Shown: positions 12,710-27,222, counted from the first letter of the whole stretch. The stretch: 62,922 nt of DNA, filler included, from Octopus bimaculoides (GCF_001194135.2; 6 parts of 6 records of this genome joined end to end with filler, not necessarily neighbours in it), one strand, 5' to 3'. The notes: a model not told the origin generated them from the letters alone. Made by a program: numbers and translations.

Positions 12710-12990
12710 CACCGTTTGTTATCTCCCCCTTTCTTAGCTCTCCTGAAATAAGAATTTCTAACTTCCGGTCAGTCATTGTTATGATCGGCCATTATTATGA
12801 TTGACCGTTGACTGAACACTATTCAATTTTTTTTCTCCGTGTTTTTCTCCTTGTCTCCGTATTCTTTCTGTTGAAGAGCGTAGCTCGAAACGTCAAAGAC
12901 TTTCCGTATTCCCGAGCGTCATACTAATATATACTTTTGTTATTTACACCACCTGTCCTCGTCTGTTGTTATTTTTTGTATATTCTCCCA
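12700..12990 (+). mobile_element. Penelope-like terminal-repeat fragment containing a hammerhead motif
   Basis: Carries the motif at 12863-12899 and is related to the minus-strand fragment near 7560; boundaries uncertain. Confidence 0.5.
12863..12899 (+). ncRNA. Minimal hammerhead-ribozyme-like motif
   Basis: tcttt-CTGTTGA-a-gagc-gta-gctc-GAAA-cgt-c-aaaga: 5-bp stem I, 4-bp stem II, palindromic ACGT, GUC triplet; core has U where consensus A6 is expected. Confidence 0.6.
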
Positions 12991-13081
12991 TATATATATA
13001 TATATATTAATTTGCCTGTACGGCTGATATTCGTTTGCCACTTGTGATGATATTTTAATAGTACCATCCCTCTTATATATA

Positions 13082-13117
<36 letters not shown>

Positions 13118-13669
13118 TGTGTATTTGTGTATATATATACGCGCGCACACACACATAAATACACACGTATATAAATAAATATACATATACATATATATAT
13201 GTATGTATGTATGTATGCACGTATGAAAGTATGTATGTATGTATGTATGTATGTATGTATATAAAACAGCCTGTGTCCCTTGTTCGTTTGTTTCCAGATG
13301 CTTCTGAATGCCCTTTTTCCTTAGCAACTAATTAACCAGAACCGACTCGATATCCTATTGTGGGAGGGGTCAAAGTGGTGGTTGGAAGGATGATGACGAT
13401 GATGACGACGATGATGGTGACGATGAGGATGGTGAAAATGATGATGATATATATGATGATGGTGCGGATGATGACGATGATAATAGCGGAGAGGAGACAA
13501 AAAAGGATATATTTCTTTACAACCAACCCCCCAACCCTCCCCCAACAGCCTCTTGCCAACGGCCCTTTCACCAAATCCTATAAATCCATCACCCCTACCC
13601 CCCACACACATACCTCCCACTTCATTTCAGAAACTATATTAGACTCTCAGTCGCACTCCTGACAACTAT

Positions 13670-13774
<105 letters not shown>

Positions 13775-14350
13775 TACATACATACACACGCCAACACACC
13801 ACTGCACGCACGCACCCCAACCGTCCCCCACATATACATATATAAGCATATGAAAAGCTCTTTTCAAACAAACACAGATGCGCGCGCGCGCACACACGAG
13901 TACACATACACAAAAACAACCATATTCATACACGCGATTACACACACTTACACACACACACACACACACATGTATGCGTACACTCATTCATTTACTTAGT
14001 GCTTGTTTGTATACGGTTCTTCATTATTTTAATGGCTTTATCTAATTGTCTTTCAATCATTACATCAAGTCTTCTTTGCAATCTGTTCTCTGGATCTTTT
14101 CCGGTCAGTCTTCATGCCATGGCATGACATCCCACCAGGAACATGTATGCGAATGTGTGTGTATGAACGTGAATGTGTGTTCGTGTGTGTGTGTGTGTGT
14201 GTATGTGTGTGTGTGAGTGTGTGTGTGTATGTGTATGTGTATGTGTGCGTGTATATACACACACACACATACACACACAAACGCACGCACGCACACACAC
14301 ACGTACAAAGAACAAAAGAGACAGGTAGATACTGACGTAGTATATATATA

Positions 14351-14401
<51 letters not shown>

Positions 14402-14571
14402 ATGTGTGTGTATAAATGTGTGTGCGTGTATATATATATATATATATACACATATACAAAGACATCTTAACAGACATATTTTCACACACACACACAAACA
14501 CATAAACACACAAACACATACACACCCACACACACATACACACACACAAACACAAACTCACCTCAAACACA

Positions 14572-14608
<37 letters not shown>

Positions 14609-15407
14609 GTGTGTACTTACGACATTTTCATTCCCCCTCCGCTCTTTGTTCTGTATCTGTATATTTGTTCGTTTTGTTTTTATTTATTTGTTTTTTTCTT
14701 GTTCTCCTTCCCTTTCAATCTTTCTAATTCTTTCTCCTTATCTCCATTTCATCGCCTTCGCTCCATCACTGACAACTCTTTTTCTTCCCCCCTTATTTCT
14801 TTGTTGTCATCAAACAATGTTAATGGCCTCTAAATATAAAAGCAAACACCAGTCCACATTAAGTTATATACACTAGTGACTCTAACTAAATTTGCAAAAG
14901 CAAAACATTGAAAAGGGGGGAAAAAATAAAGATGTCTACTCGAAGCTACAAACAAGAAACGCTTAGAATGTCGTGTCGTAAGTAACAAGTGTGTGTTTGT
15001 GTATATGGTTACGCGTGACCGTGTGTGTGTTTGTGTGTGCGCGTGTGTGTGGGTATGTGAACGTGTATATGTATGTAGGTGTTTATATGTAACTGTGTGT
15101 TATGCTTACATACGTACATAAACACACTCATACACAGATATAGAGTAATAACACCGAACGAACGACACAGATACACCATTCAGTGCAAGTGAAATATGGT
15201 AGAAGTACAGAAATGGATAAACAGAGAGTGAGGGAGAAAAAGAGAGAGGTGAGAGACAGAGAGACGGTAGCGGGGACGAGACATACATACATACAGACAG
15301 AGAGATATATATCATATAAATATATATTATTCTTTTATTCATAAATATATATATATATATATANNNNNNNNNNNNNNNNNNNNNNNNNNNNNNNNNNNNN
15401 NNNNNNN

Positions 15408-15419
15408 TTAATTAATTAA
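15408..15419. other. Artificial scaffold joiner TTAATTAATTAA inside a 100-bp N block (also 24318-24329, 33621-33632, 47832-47843, 61629-61640)
   Basis: Identical 12-mer flanked by 44 N on each side, five times; contains stops in all six frames. Confidence 0.95.
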
Positions 15420-16067
15420 NNNNNNNNNNNNNNNNNNNNNNNNNNNNNNNNNNNNNNNNNNNNTACATTTACATATGTATGTACATGCATGTATGTATCG
15501 TATATATATATATATATATATATACACATACATATGGTGTGTAATTGCACACGTGTGTGTGTGTGTGTAATGTGTGTATATGTGTGCGTGAGTATGCGTT
15601 GATTTAGTAGTCGCAGAAACTTTTATCGGAGTGTTGACTTCGCGCAAACTCCGTCCATATACTCACAACACTTTCAGATGTGTATACTACACAAACAGAC
15701 AGGCAGAGAGAGAGAGATTTCTATATATGTCAGTCTATATATATGTAGCCTCCGTATGTTTCAACGCTCATAACTATACATAAACATACGTATGTATACA
15801 TCTATCTCTGTCTGTCTCTCTCTCGCTCTCTCTCTCTCCATATATATATATACACACATACATGTATGTATATGTTTATGTGTGTTTGTGTGTGCGTTTA
15901 AAACTGTGTCTATTAGCAAGAGATATTGTTATCGCATACTTTACTGTTTGCTATCAACCAGTGACTCGCTAATTATGATGTGCGGCCTGACCACTTCAGA
16001 CAGATAGGATTAATGGCGGTTTGATATATATATAAATATAAACATTAACATATACGTATATATGCGT

Positions 16068-16100
<33 letters not shown>

Positions 16101-17644
16101 NNNNNNNNNNNNNNNNNNNNNNNNNNNNNNNNNNNNNNNNNNNNNNNNNNNNNNNNNNNNNNNNNNNNNNNNNNNNNNNNNNNNNNNNNNNNNNNNNNNN
16201 NNNNNNNNNNNNNNNNNNNNNNNNNNNNNNNNNNNNNNNNNNNNNNNNNNNNNNNNNNNNNNNNNNNNNNNNNNNNNNNNNNNNNNNNNNNNNNNNNNNN
16301 NNNNNNNNNNNNNNNNNNNNNNNNNNNNNNNNNNNNNNNNNNNNNNNNNNNNNNNNNNNNNNNNNNNNNNNNNNNNNNNNNNNNNNNNNNNNNNNNNNNN
16401 NNNNNNNNNNNNNNNNNNNNNNNNNNNNNNNNNNNNNNNNNNNNNNNNNNNNNNNNNNNNNNNNNNNNNNNNNNNNNNNNNNNNNNNNNNNNNNNNNNNN
16501 NNNNNNNNNNNNNNNNNNNNNNNNNNNNNNNNNNNNNNNNNNNNNNNNNNNNNNNNNNNNNNNNNNNNNNNNNNNNNNNNNNNNNNNNNNNNNNNNNNNN
16601 NNNNNNNNNNNNNNNNNNNNNNNNNNNNNNNNNNNNNNNNNNNNNNNNNNNNNNNNNNNNNNNNNNNNNNNNNNNNNNNNNNNNNNNNNNNNNNNNNNNN
16701 NNNNNNNNNNNNNNNNNNNNNNNNNNNNNNNNNNNNNNNNNNNNNNGTGTGTGTGTATGTATGTATGTATATATATATATAAATATATATATTTATGTAT
16801 GTATGTATACATGTGTGAGTGTAAAAATGCTTATAGAAATACTATAAATATATACGTTTGTTTAGAATAAATGTATACTCATACACTTATTTAAACATAT
16901 ACAAATAGACAGACGTATGCATATATGTACCAACATATGCATATATATATTCATACACCCTTCATTTTACACAAAAGCATATATATGTAAACATAGATAT
17001 GCATACACTTGCGTACATCTATATAATATATGTGTAATACACACATATATAATTACACATATGCATTTATATATGTGTTGATATATATATATATTTATAT
17101 TTATATATATAAATGTATATGCATATATATATATACACCATATATGTGTATATATCATGATTGTACATATATATATATATACACACACTTATATACACAT
17201 ATATATACAGGATTGCTATCATCAAGCCAGTCGTTAGCATTTAGCCAATATAATGCTGCGTCGTTCTTATCCTCCGGCGGCCATTTTCTCTTCTCATTGT
17301 CTTTCGTTAATTCACATTTTCACAGTTAAATGTTTAAGATACGACTTTGGAGCGCTTACACTCGCAGCCATTGATCTTCATTTTCATGATTTCGCATTTT
17401 ATCTTTCCGCTTCTTTCGGTCATTGTAGTACGGCAATGCTCCCGCATCGTCTTGAAGGGTTTTAATGAAGAAATAGAATCCAACGCTTCTTTTGGTTTTG
17501 GTTTAATGTTTTGTGTTTATTCTCTCGTTTCGTTATTGCCAAGATGATAGGTTACAGGATCGCAACCAAACCAACACCGCTTGTCACACACGAAATCCCC
17601 GCCCCCAACATGCACACACATGCCTACTTAATATATAGAGAGAC

Positions 17645-17682
<38 letters not shown>

Positions 17683-19365
17683 NNNNNNNNNNNNNNNNNN
17701 NNNNNNNNNNNNNNNNNNNNNNNNNNNNNNNNNNNNNNNNNNNNNNNNNNNNNNNNNNNNNNNNNNNNNNNNNNNNNNNNNNNNNNNNNNNNNNNNNNNN
17801 NNNNNNNNNNNNNNNNNNNNNNNNNNNNNNNNNNNNNNNNNNNNNNNNNNNNNNNNNNNNNNNNNNNNNNNNNNNNNNNNNNGATTTTTTATGTGAAATC
17901 GTGTGTTGAAACAGATGTTGTATTTGGGGATGGTCATATAACGTAATGTAATATAAAGCTGAAGCAAATTAACACCAAATATACAGTGCGTGTGTTTTTA
18001 TTGGCTTAACTGGCAATATGACCATCCCCAAATACAACAACATATATATATATATATACGTATACATATTAATATGTTGTCTACGCCGTATGAAGAGTCT
18101 AACCGCCTCCTGTACCTACACCTTAGAACCATCTGATGTGACTTTTTAAACCAATGTTTTGAAAAGACAAGCACATAGATTGTATATCCCATTTCTCTGT
18201 CTGTTCGTGTCTGGGGGGGGGTGTATACATATATATATTCATGCATATGTACATATGTATGCATAGATTTAGCGATGCAAATAGGAAAAATTAGAACGCA
18301 TAATATGAGAATGTATACGTATATATACATACCTAAATACATACAGATATACATACATACAGATATACATACATACAGATATACATACATATAGAGATAG
18401 GAGAATATTGTAGTTCGCTTGAAGCATTGTGTATTGTTGTATTGTCTGTAAAGAATAAATAGTTTTGAATGGTACAACAATGCACTATAATATAAAAATG
18501 GACTATATATATATATATATNNNNNNNNNNNNNNNNNNNNNNNNNNNNNNNNNNNNNNNNNNNNNNNNNNNNNNNNNNNNNNNNNNNNNNNNNNNNNNNN
18601 NNNNNNNNNNNNNNNNNNNNNNNNNNNNNNNNNNNNNNNNNNNNNNNNNNNNNNNNNNNNNNNNNNNNNNNNNNNNNNNNNNNNNNNNNNNNNNNNNNNN
18701 NNNNNNNNNNNNNNNNNNNNNNNNNNNNNNNNNNNNNNNNNNNNNNNNNNNNNNNNNNNNNNNNNNNNNNNNNNNNNNNNNNNNNNNNNNNNNNNNNNNN
18801 NNNNNNNNNNNNNNNNNNNNNNNNNNNNNNNNNNNNNNNNNNNNNNNNNNNNNNNNNNNNNNNNNNNNNNNNNNNNNNNNNNNNNNNNNNNNNNNNNNNN
18901 NNNNNNNNNNNNNNNNNNNNNNNNNNNNNNNNNNNNNNNNNNNNNNNNNNNNNNNNNNNNNNNNNNNNNNNNNNNNNNNNNNNNNNNNNNNNNNNNNNNN
19001 NNNNNNNNNNNNNNNNNNNNNNNNNNNNNNNNNNNNNNNNNNNNNNNNNNNNNNNNNNNNNNNNNNNNNNNNNNNNNNNNNNNNNNNNNNNNNNNNNNNN
19101 NNNNNNNNNNNNNNNNNNNNNNNNNNNNNNNNNNNNNNNNNNNNNNNNNNNNNNNNNNNNNNNNNNNNNNNNNNNNNNNNNNNNNNNNNNNNNNNNNNNN
19201 NNNNNNNNNNNNNNNNNNNNNNNNNNNNNNNNNNNNNNNNNNNNNNNNNNNNNNNNNNNNNNNNNNNNNNNNNNNNNNNNNNNNNNNNNNNNNNNNNNNN
19301 NNNNNNNNNNNNNNNNNNNNNNNNNNNNNNNNNNNNNNNNNNNNNNNNNNNNNNNNNNNNNNNNN

Positions 19366-19420
<55 letters not shown>

Positions 19421-19432
19421 ACAACGTACTCC

Positions 19433-19576
19433 TTTTCATTTCCGTCAAAAGAAATCCACTCAGAAGACTGGTTGACCTAAGGTTATAATAGACGACACTT
19501 GCCCAACGTGCCACACAGTGGGACTGAACCTGGATCCACGTGGTTGGGAAGCAAACCTCTCACCACACAGCCATGC
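19433..19576 (-). mobile_element. SINE family A, 5' part
   Basis: gacacttgcccaacgtgccacacagtgggactgaacc...caccacacagccat. Confidence 0.8.
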
Positions 19577-19652
19577 TTGCTCCTGTATGTATTTCTATTA
19601 TATATAAGCATGTATATACCTGTGCGAGTGCGTGAGAGTGTGTGTGTATGTA

Positions 19653-19684
<32 letters not shown>

Positions 19685-20042
19685 TGTGATTGTATGTGTA
19701 TGCGTGTCTAATAGCTGAATAAATAAGCTAATAAGGCGGAAGTTGAAATCCCTGTCAGCTCAAACGGTAATTTATAAATCTTGACTCTACAAATGATATG
19801 GAGTTCCACTAACAGGAAATGTTCAGCCGCTTGCCAAATATTGACTAACAACGGCACATGACACATAAACACACACACATAAATATATATATATATATCA
19901 ATCTTTCTTTCTCTCTCTCGATATATATATATGTATGTATATAGATAGGTAGATAGATAGATAGATAGATAGATAGATACATACATACATACATACATAC
20001 ATACATACATACATACATAAATACATACATACATACATACAC

Positions 20043-20091
<49 letters not shown>

Positions 20092-21768
20092 CCCAAATTT
20101 CAGGCCTTGTGCCTGTAATAAAAAGGATTATCCACTGGGCGACATCCAGGTACCTGAGTGGATAACGGACATGATGCTCCTAAATATTTTGATGCCGACA
20201 AGCCTCAGAACTGGGTAAATATTTTTTTTTAAATGCTTGTACACATGAGTCCTCAATAAAAATGCTATTAGAATATAAAATTTAAGGCGATGGTGCTTTT
20301 CCTAAAATGTATGCAGTGTCCATTTTAGAGTTATTTTTTTGTATTTCATTTACGCGTGCTTTTCCGGTATCCTGTCTTACGGACAGAGAATAACGAATTG
20401 TCCTGAGAAACACCCCAAGACAAAGGAGAAACGACCATAACTTTATAAGTAAAATGTACAAAGCGAGATGTATTTGTCACCCCGCACACACGCACACACA
20501 CAAATAAAACACCCGTAACTATCCCACATTAGCAAATGCAATGAAACAACGACTAGAAAAGCATAAACAAAAAACCCACAGAACCAAGTATTACGGCAAT
20601 AAAACATGCCACTTCCCTCAGAAAAACAAAACCAATAGACAAATAGTGGTGCTGGGCGAACATTTGAAACCATTATTATTATTAGCAATCGCGAATTTTC
20701 TAGTGTGTCTGCAACGGCTAACGAGACTCTCTGATGACGAAATGTCACGTCTACACGAAATAGACTGCTTGTTTCAAGAAAATATTTGACATCTGGAAAA
20801 TGTAGCCATTTGGAGTCCACTTTCAGTTTGATTTATTGGTATACTTCAAGTACGAGAAAATATATGCATGTGTGTTTGTATGTGTGCAGACATGTATGTG
20901 TGTGTGTATGTTTGTGTGTGTGTGTGTAAGTGTATAGTATTCAGATATTCCAGTAGTGTATACATTCATATGCATACTTAACGTAAATATGTGTGTACGT
21001 GCGAAGCAATGTGCGTGTTTGTATGTATGTATATATATATATATATATATNNNNNNNNNNNNNNNNNNNNNNNNNNNNNNNNNNNNNNNNNNNNNNNNNN
21101 NNNNNNNNNNNNNNNNNNNNNNNNNNNNNNNNNNNNNNNNNNNNNNNNNNNNNNNNNNNNNNNNNNNNNNNNNNNNNNNNNNNNNNNNNNNNNNNNNNNN
21201 NNNNNNNNNNNNNNNNNNNNNNNNNNNNNNNNNNNNNNNNNNNNNNNNNNNNNNNNNNNNNNNNNNNNNNNNNNNNNNNNNNNNNNNNNNNNNNNNNNNN
21301 NNNNNNNNNNNNNNNNNNNNNNNNNNNNNNNNNNNNNNNNNNNNNNNNNNNNNNNNNNNNNNNNNNNNNNNNNNNNNNNNNNNNNNNNNNNNNNNNNNNN
21401 NNNNNNNNNNNNNNNNNNNNNNNNNNNNNNNNNNNNNNNNNNNNNNNNNNNNNNNNNNNNNNNNNNNNNNNNNNNNNNNNNNNNNNNNNNNNNNNNNNNN
21501 NNNNNNNNNNNNNNNNNNNNNNNNNNNNNNNNNNNNNNNNNNNNNNNNNNNNNNNNNNNNNNNNNNNNNNNNNNNNNNNNNNNNNNTATATATACTATAC
21601 ACATATATTATACATAAATATATATATATATGTGAGTGTGTGATTATATAGATAAATGAATGTATATTTTGTATCTATACAAAGTTATATGCTTATATAT
21701 CAATGTGTATATACCTCTATGTGTATATGTGATATATATAAATTAATGCGTATATATCCCTACATATA

Positions 21769-21799
<31 letters not shown>

Positions 21800-21989
21800 T
21801 GTATGGACGTATATAAGTATGTGTGTGAGTGTATACTGTATACGCTTGTATTTGTACAATCGATTATATAATACTCTCCTTTGTATTGTGTCATTAGTTT
21901 CGCAAGCTATCACCGGAAGACGGAAGTAAGATACAGGAAGTTGGTCAATGTCCAGTCTATTTTATTTAGATTAGCTGCTGACGTGGCAG

Positions 21990-22330
21990 CACAGGAGTAA
22001 CCGTAGCAGCAGCAGCAGTAGCGGTAGTAGTAGTAGTAGTAGTAGTAATGTTGGAGGTGCGTGAAGAGGATCATGGAGGCGCGAGATCCGGATGTGGATG
22101 TGGATGGCGGCGGTTGTGGCGGTGGTGATGACGATGACGATGATGATGATGGTGATGATGATGACGATGATGGTGATGGTGATGATGGTAATGATGATGG
22201 TGATGGTGATGGTGAGTACCATCGCCGCCATCATCATCATCATCGCCACCATCATCATCATCATCGCCACCATCATCATCATCATCACCATCATCATCAC
22301 CATCATCATCACCATCATCATGGTGATGAT
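21990..22330. repeat. Compound trinucleotide low-complexity tract (AGC, AGT, GAT, CAT/CAC)
   Basis: Seen directly; gives spurious poly-D/H/M/I ORFs. Confidence 0.9.
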
Positions 22331-22457
22331 CAGAGAGGTGACCTTATCGTTGCTACTCAGCGCCTGCTCGAGAACGATCGATCAGATCAATGCAGAGATG
22401 CATTTCAATACATATATATGTATGTATATATATATAGATATAGATAGACAGACAGAC

Positions 22458-22521
<64 letters not shown>

Positions 22522-23689
22522 GCAGATATTTGTGTATGTGCGCGTGTACATATATGTAAGTATATATATTTATATTTATATATATATATATATATATATA
22601 TNNNNNNNNNNNNNNNNNNNNNNNNNNNNNNNNNNNNNNNNNNNNNNNNNNNNNNNNNNNNNNNNNNNNNNNNNNNNNNNNNNNNNNNNNNNNNNNNNNN
22701 NNNNNNNNNNNNNNNNNNNNNNNNNNNNNNNNNNNNNNNNNNNNNNNNNNNNNNNNNNNNNNNNNNNNNNNNNNNNNNNNNNNNNNNNNNNNNNNNNNNN
22801 NNNNNNNNNNNNNNNNNNNNNNNNNNNNNNNNNNNNNNNNNNNNNNNNNNNNNNNNNNNNNNNNNNNNNNNNNNNNNNNNNNNNNNNNNNNNNNNNNNNN
22901 NNNNNNNNNNNNNNNNNNNNNNNNNNNNNNNNNNNNNNNNNNNNNNNNNNNNNNNNNNNNNNNNNNNNNNNNNNNNNNNNNNNNNNNNNNNNNNNNNNNN
23001 NNNNNNNNNNNNNNNNNNNNNNNNNNNNNNNNNNNNNNNNNNNNNNNNNNNNNNNNNNNNNNNNNNNNNNNNNNNNNNNNNNNNNNNNNNNNNNNNNNNN
23101 NNNNNNNNNNNNNNNNNNNNNNNNNNNNNNNNNNNNNNNNNNNNNNNNNNNNNNNNNNNNNNNNNNNNNNNNNNNNNNNNNNNNNNNNNNNNNNNNNNNN
23201 NNNNNNNNNNNNNNNNNNNNNNNNNNNNNNNNNNNNNNNNNNNNNNNNNNNNNNNNNNNNNNNNNNNNNNNNNNNNNNNNNNNNNNNNNNNNNNNNNNNN
23301 NNNNNNNNNNNNNNNNNNNNNNNNNNNNNNNNNNNNNNNNNNNNNNNNNNNNNNNNNNNNNNNNNNNNNNNNNNNNNNNNNNNNNNNNNNNNNNNNNNNN
23401 NNNNNNNNNNNNNNNNNNNNNNNNNNNNNNNNNNNNNNNNNNNNNNNNNNNNNNNNNNNNNNNNNNNNNNNNNNNNNNNNNNNNNNNNNNNNNNNNNNNN
23501 NNNNNNNNNNNNNNNNNNNNNNNNNNNNNNNNNNNNNNNNNNNNNNNNNNNNNNATATATATATACATATATTCATATATACATACATAGATGCCAGCAC
23601 GTGTATAGCTATCTGCCCCGTCATTATTATATAATATAATAACTGTTATTGAACGAAACAAAATAACCCCGAAACCTCATTTATATTCC

Positions 23690-23950
23690 ACCGGCGCCAT
23701 ATTGTCTCAGTGACGTCACACACACGCACACACACACACACACATTAATATTCATGCTTGTACATCGTTGTGACCTGACCATCCCATCGGATTGGCTGTT
23801 TCCTCTCCTGGTCAGCTCATCTCTTGCCTGATCGGTCAATTGGTCGGATTGCCTGCTTGCTCGGTTGCTTGGTCCGGACTGTTGGTTGACTCCAATAGTT
23901 GCTCGCTATCTTTGCTGTTGTTACCACCGGGCTGACAGTAATTGGGATAA
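23690..23950. promoter_or_regulatory. Possible promoter-like motif cluster
   Basis: gcgccatattg (YY1-like, 23694-23704), tgacgtca (CRE, 23711-23718), CCAAT/ATTGG at 23791, 23839, 23892 and 23941, in sequence not matching the other repeats here. Confidence 0.25.
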
Positions 23951-24042
23951 GAACCTTCTGTTATAACAAATGCGTTCCAGCCGTGACAACTTCGTTTCTT
24001 CACCAAACTACGATGGATACCAGATATCGTTATCTTTTATTT

Positions 24043-24250
24043 ATTCTTTTACTTGTTTCAGCCATTTGTCTACGGCTATGCAGGAGCATCGCCTTAAAGA
24101 GTTCCAGTCGAAGAATTCGACCCAGGACTTATTCTTTGTAATTTTACTACTTGTTCTATCGGTCTCTTTTTGTCGAACCGCTAAGTTACGGGGACGTAAA
24201 CACACCAACATCTGTTGTCAAGCGAGAGTGGGGGACAAACACAGGCACAC
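24043..24250 (-). mobile_element. SINE family A, 3' half
   Basis: ttacttgtttcagccatttg...ggggacgtaaacacaccaaca. Confidence 0.8.
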
Positions 24251-24865
24251 AAATGCATACATTATATATATATNNNNNNNNNNNNNNNNNNNNNNNNNNN
24301 NNNNNNNNNNNNNNNNNTTAATTAATTAANNNNNNNNNNNNNNNNNNNNNNNNNNNNNNNNNNNNNNNNNNNNTGAATAATTAATGTCTGGAACCCCCCC
24401 CTCCAAGCACCTGCGTTTTAGTTAATTTTTAAATTCTAATTAATTTTGGGAGAATTCAGGAAATTGAAGTGGGGTGATGTATTATCTTAATTTTTAAAAT
24501 TTATTTTTGGGGGGTGTCTTGTGTCTCTTGCAGGAAATTTTGTAAGAGTTTTATTATTAATAATAAAAGAAAAAAAAATTTGTATTTTTTTTTAACACCT
24601 GTCTTAACGACATCCAATGATTGTAATCCTAAATTATCAATCTCTTGTTTGTTTTATATAATTTTTTTTTTTTTGTGTGTGAATATATATATATTTATAT
24701 ATAAATATGTTTTTGAATTGGCTTATTTGCAAAGATGGAAGCTGGCTTCCATGCACCCAATTTCCCTCTCGCTGTCCCCCAAATGTGTTGTTGTTTGCCT
24801 CCAAGTCAACCCTGATCAAGCAGACCTGTGGTCAAGGCTTTACTCTAACCACAACCACCTCAGGT

Positions 24866-24902
<37 letters not shown>

Positions 24903-25739
24903 GTTATTAAATTGCAGAGTGTAGTTCAAGTGGATTTAGCTACTATTTCTAACAGGTCAAACAAAACCTTACAGAGCCTTCCTTGGCCCTCACATGACTC
25001 TTATCTCTTCTGTGTATGTGTGTATGTATGCGTCCACCTATTCACAGGTGGAACGGAAGTGGCCCTCTTTGAATTGGAGAATCAACCTAATCCTTCATCT
25101 GTCTTTGCATGAAGGATTTCCCTACTTTTATCTGGGACAAATCGGCCCCTGTGCATATTTTTTTCTCTTGTGCCAGCCCCACTGATCTCCATAGTTTTTC
25201 TTTGGCATTACTACAGTTCTACTCTACTGTACTTGTTTATATCTAGTCAATGGAGCCGTTGCTATGGTCAGCTGGGTACTTTGCTGCAAGCTAGGTACCC
25301 TGCTGCCAGCTGGGTACTCTCTCAATTATTTATATCTGGTTGGCGAAGCTAGTGTTTTGTTTATGATCAGCACATTTCAGTGTCAATTGGGTAGCTTATT
25401 GCTGCTCCTCCTGGGCCCACTGTTGAGATCTCTGAACATGAAACCTATGGTAGCCTGGTTAACCTACAAAAAAAAAAGTACATACATACATACATGCATG
25501 CATGCAGGCTCTCCACTTGTGACTGAGGATGACCATCACTGACCATTGCACAAAGAAAATGTTTGGCAGTGCCCATGTATGAGGTTATCTGCACCTGCAG
25601 TTGGCTGCCATGCTCAACATGACGCCCACCTCCTAATCGATTTGGCATTAGAAAGTTGCCTCACTGGTGATTGCACAACCTTAAATTTTAGGTCCAATAA
25701 GGCTTAGCATAAACCTTACAGACCATCCATGAATATGCA

Positions 25740-25778
<39 letters not shown>

Positions 25779-25781
<3 letters not shown>

Positions 25782-25925
25782 CATCATTTAATGTCTGCTC
25801 TCCATGCTGGCATGAGTTGGACAGTTTGGCATGGAGCTGGCTAACAGGGGAGCTGTCCAAACTCCAACTATTTGTTGTGGGATGATCTATACGGCTGGAT
25901 GCTCTTTCTAATGCCAACTACTTAG
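25779..25925 (-). mobile_element. Retroposon family E 3' end (aagggcatccagc...ccatgctagcatggaaagcggacgttaaa(gat)n type)
   Basis: Reverse-complement match to 35115-35281 and 47888-48005. Confidence 0.7.
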
Positions 25926-26392
25926 CAGTGGGTGTGCTGGGTGCCTGTTAGGTGTCATCAGCACAGGTGCATTAACGCGGCACTGCACGAGTGGGTTTTC
26001 ATGTGGTGTGGCATCAACGCCTGAAAGGACAATCCCTGTATGGTGCGAAAGACTGGTTTTACTTAGCTTGATATCTTATCAAGTGTAGCTAATTGCCACA
26101 TCTCCCGATCCCTTGTCCTTTCCTCAGTGAGGGCCCAGTGTCCGATACACACACACACACACACACACTTTGCTGTGTTTAGTATATAGTAGCTTTGGAG
26201 TAAACGCTTTCAGGTCCTCGTGTTGGGGATTGAACCAAACATCACTTGGTTACTGGGTCGCTTGTCATGGTTGGCATTGTGTTTTCTATTCTAAGTTACC
26301 CGCCAATTCCCTTTTTATTTATTTCTACTCTACTACCCCTATTCTTCCAACATCTTTTGTTTTGTATCAGAAAATATATTTTATTTTTCTAT

Positions 26393-26428
<36 letters not shown>

Positions 26429-26905
26429 CTAACCTCATATTTGGTCTCTGTATATAAATATTTGTTTTAAATAAAGATATAAGCTCTGTGTTGTCTTATT
26501 TATTTATTTCCATATTTAGTAATGTATTAAGTATGTGTGTGTGTGTGTGCGTGTGCATATATTGATATCCATATGTAATTTATATATGGTGATATACGTA
26601 TATAATTTATATTATCTCCTTTGTGTGTTAAATTCCGTTGCACGAGATTTGTATGCATGTAGACATGCATAGGTTTATACATACACATATCACACCTTGG
26701 TACTGTGTAAACTTGGATCCATATTGATAGGCCTCAAATGTTCGAGTAAATACTTAGGGTATGCAAATTAGTCACCCCAGCTTTGTGTAGCTACTGGATT
26801 TGGGTGTGTATATATAAACAGCTTTGGCTACTTATTTCTCATGGTGTTGGTTAAGTGATGTAGAATCCTGTAACAAGGGATCAATAAGGTTCGAAAATTG
26901 ATTAA

Positions 26906-27082
26906 CCCTTTAGCGTTCAGATTACTCTGTCAAACGCAATGCTTTGAATTAATCGTGCATTATCTCATAGCATTGGGATTGTTTGTTTAGAATTACATTG
27001 TTGGGTAGGCGTAAGATGCCGGATCTGGCTATTTTGAACACAATACTGGTAGAATATATATAGGCCGGATATGGCTAGTTTA
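26906..27082. mobile_element. piggyBac-like MITE, right end truncated
   Basis: TTAA (26902-26905) then ccctttagc; body similar to 28741-28948. Confidence 0.5.
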
Positions 27083-27222
27083 ACTGGAACCCTCGTCGTC
27101 GTAAGCGACGGAGTGTCAACAACATTCCCCCCACTCTTTTTTATTAATTAATTTTTTTTACCATATTTCTGTTTAAATATACTGCCTTTGTTTCATTGAA
27201 TTTTGAAAAGGAAGAATTTGGC

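Noticed and set aside
13500-13620. C-run cluster as a possible G-quadruplex on the minus strand
   Set aside because: Only three closely spaced tracts, embedded in low-complexity sequence; nothing suggests function
15364-15463. Recurrent TTAATTAATTAA motif (five copies), resembling a dispersed repeat or piggyBac site
   Set aside because: Always centred in an identical 100-bp N block; an assembly joiner with six-frame stops, not biological sequence
22061-22447. Asp/His-rich ORF resembling a metal-binding or biomineral protein
   Set aside because: Trinucleotide low complexity, open in three frames, flanked by (AGAT)n and (AT)n; no splice or homology support
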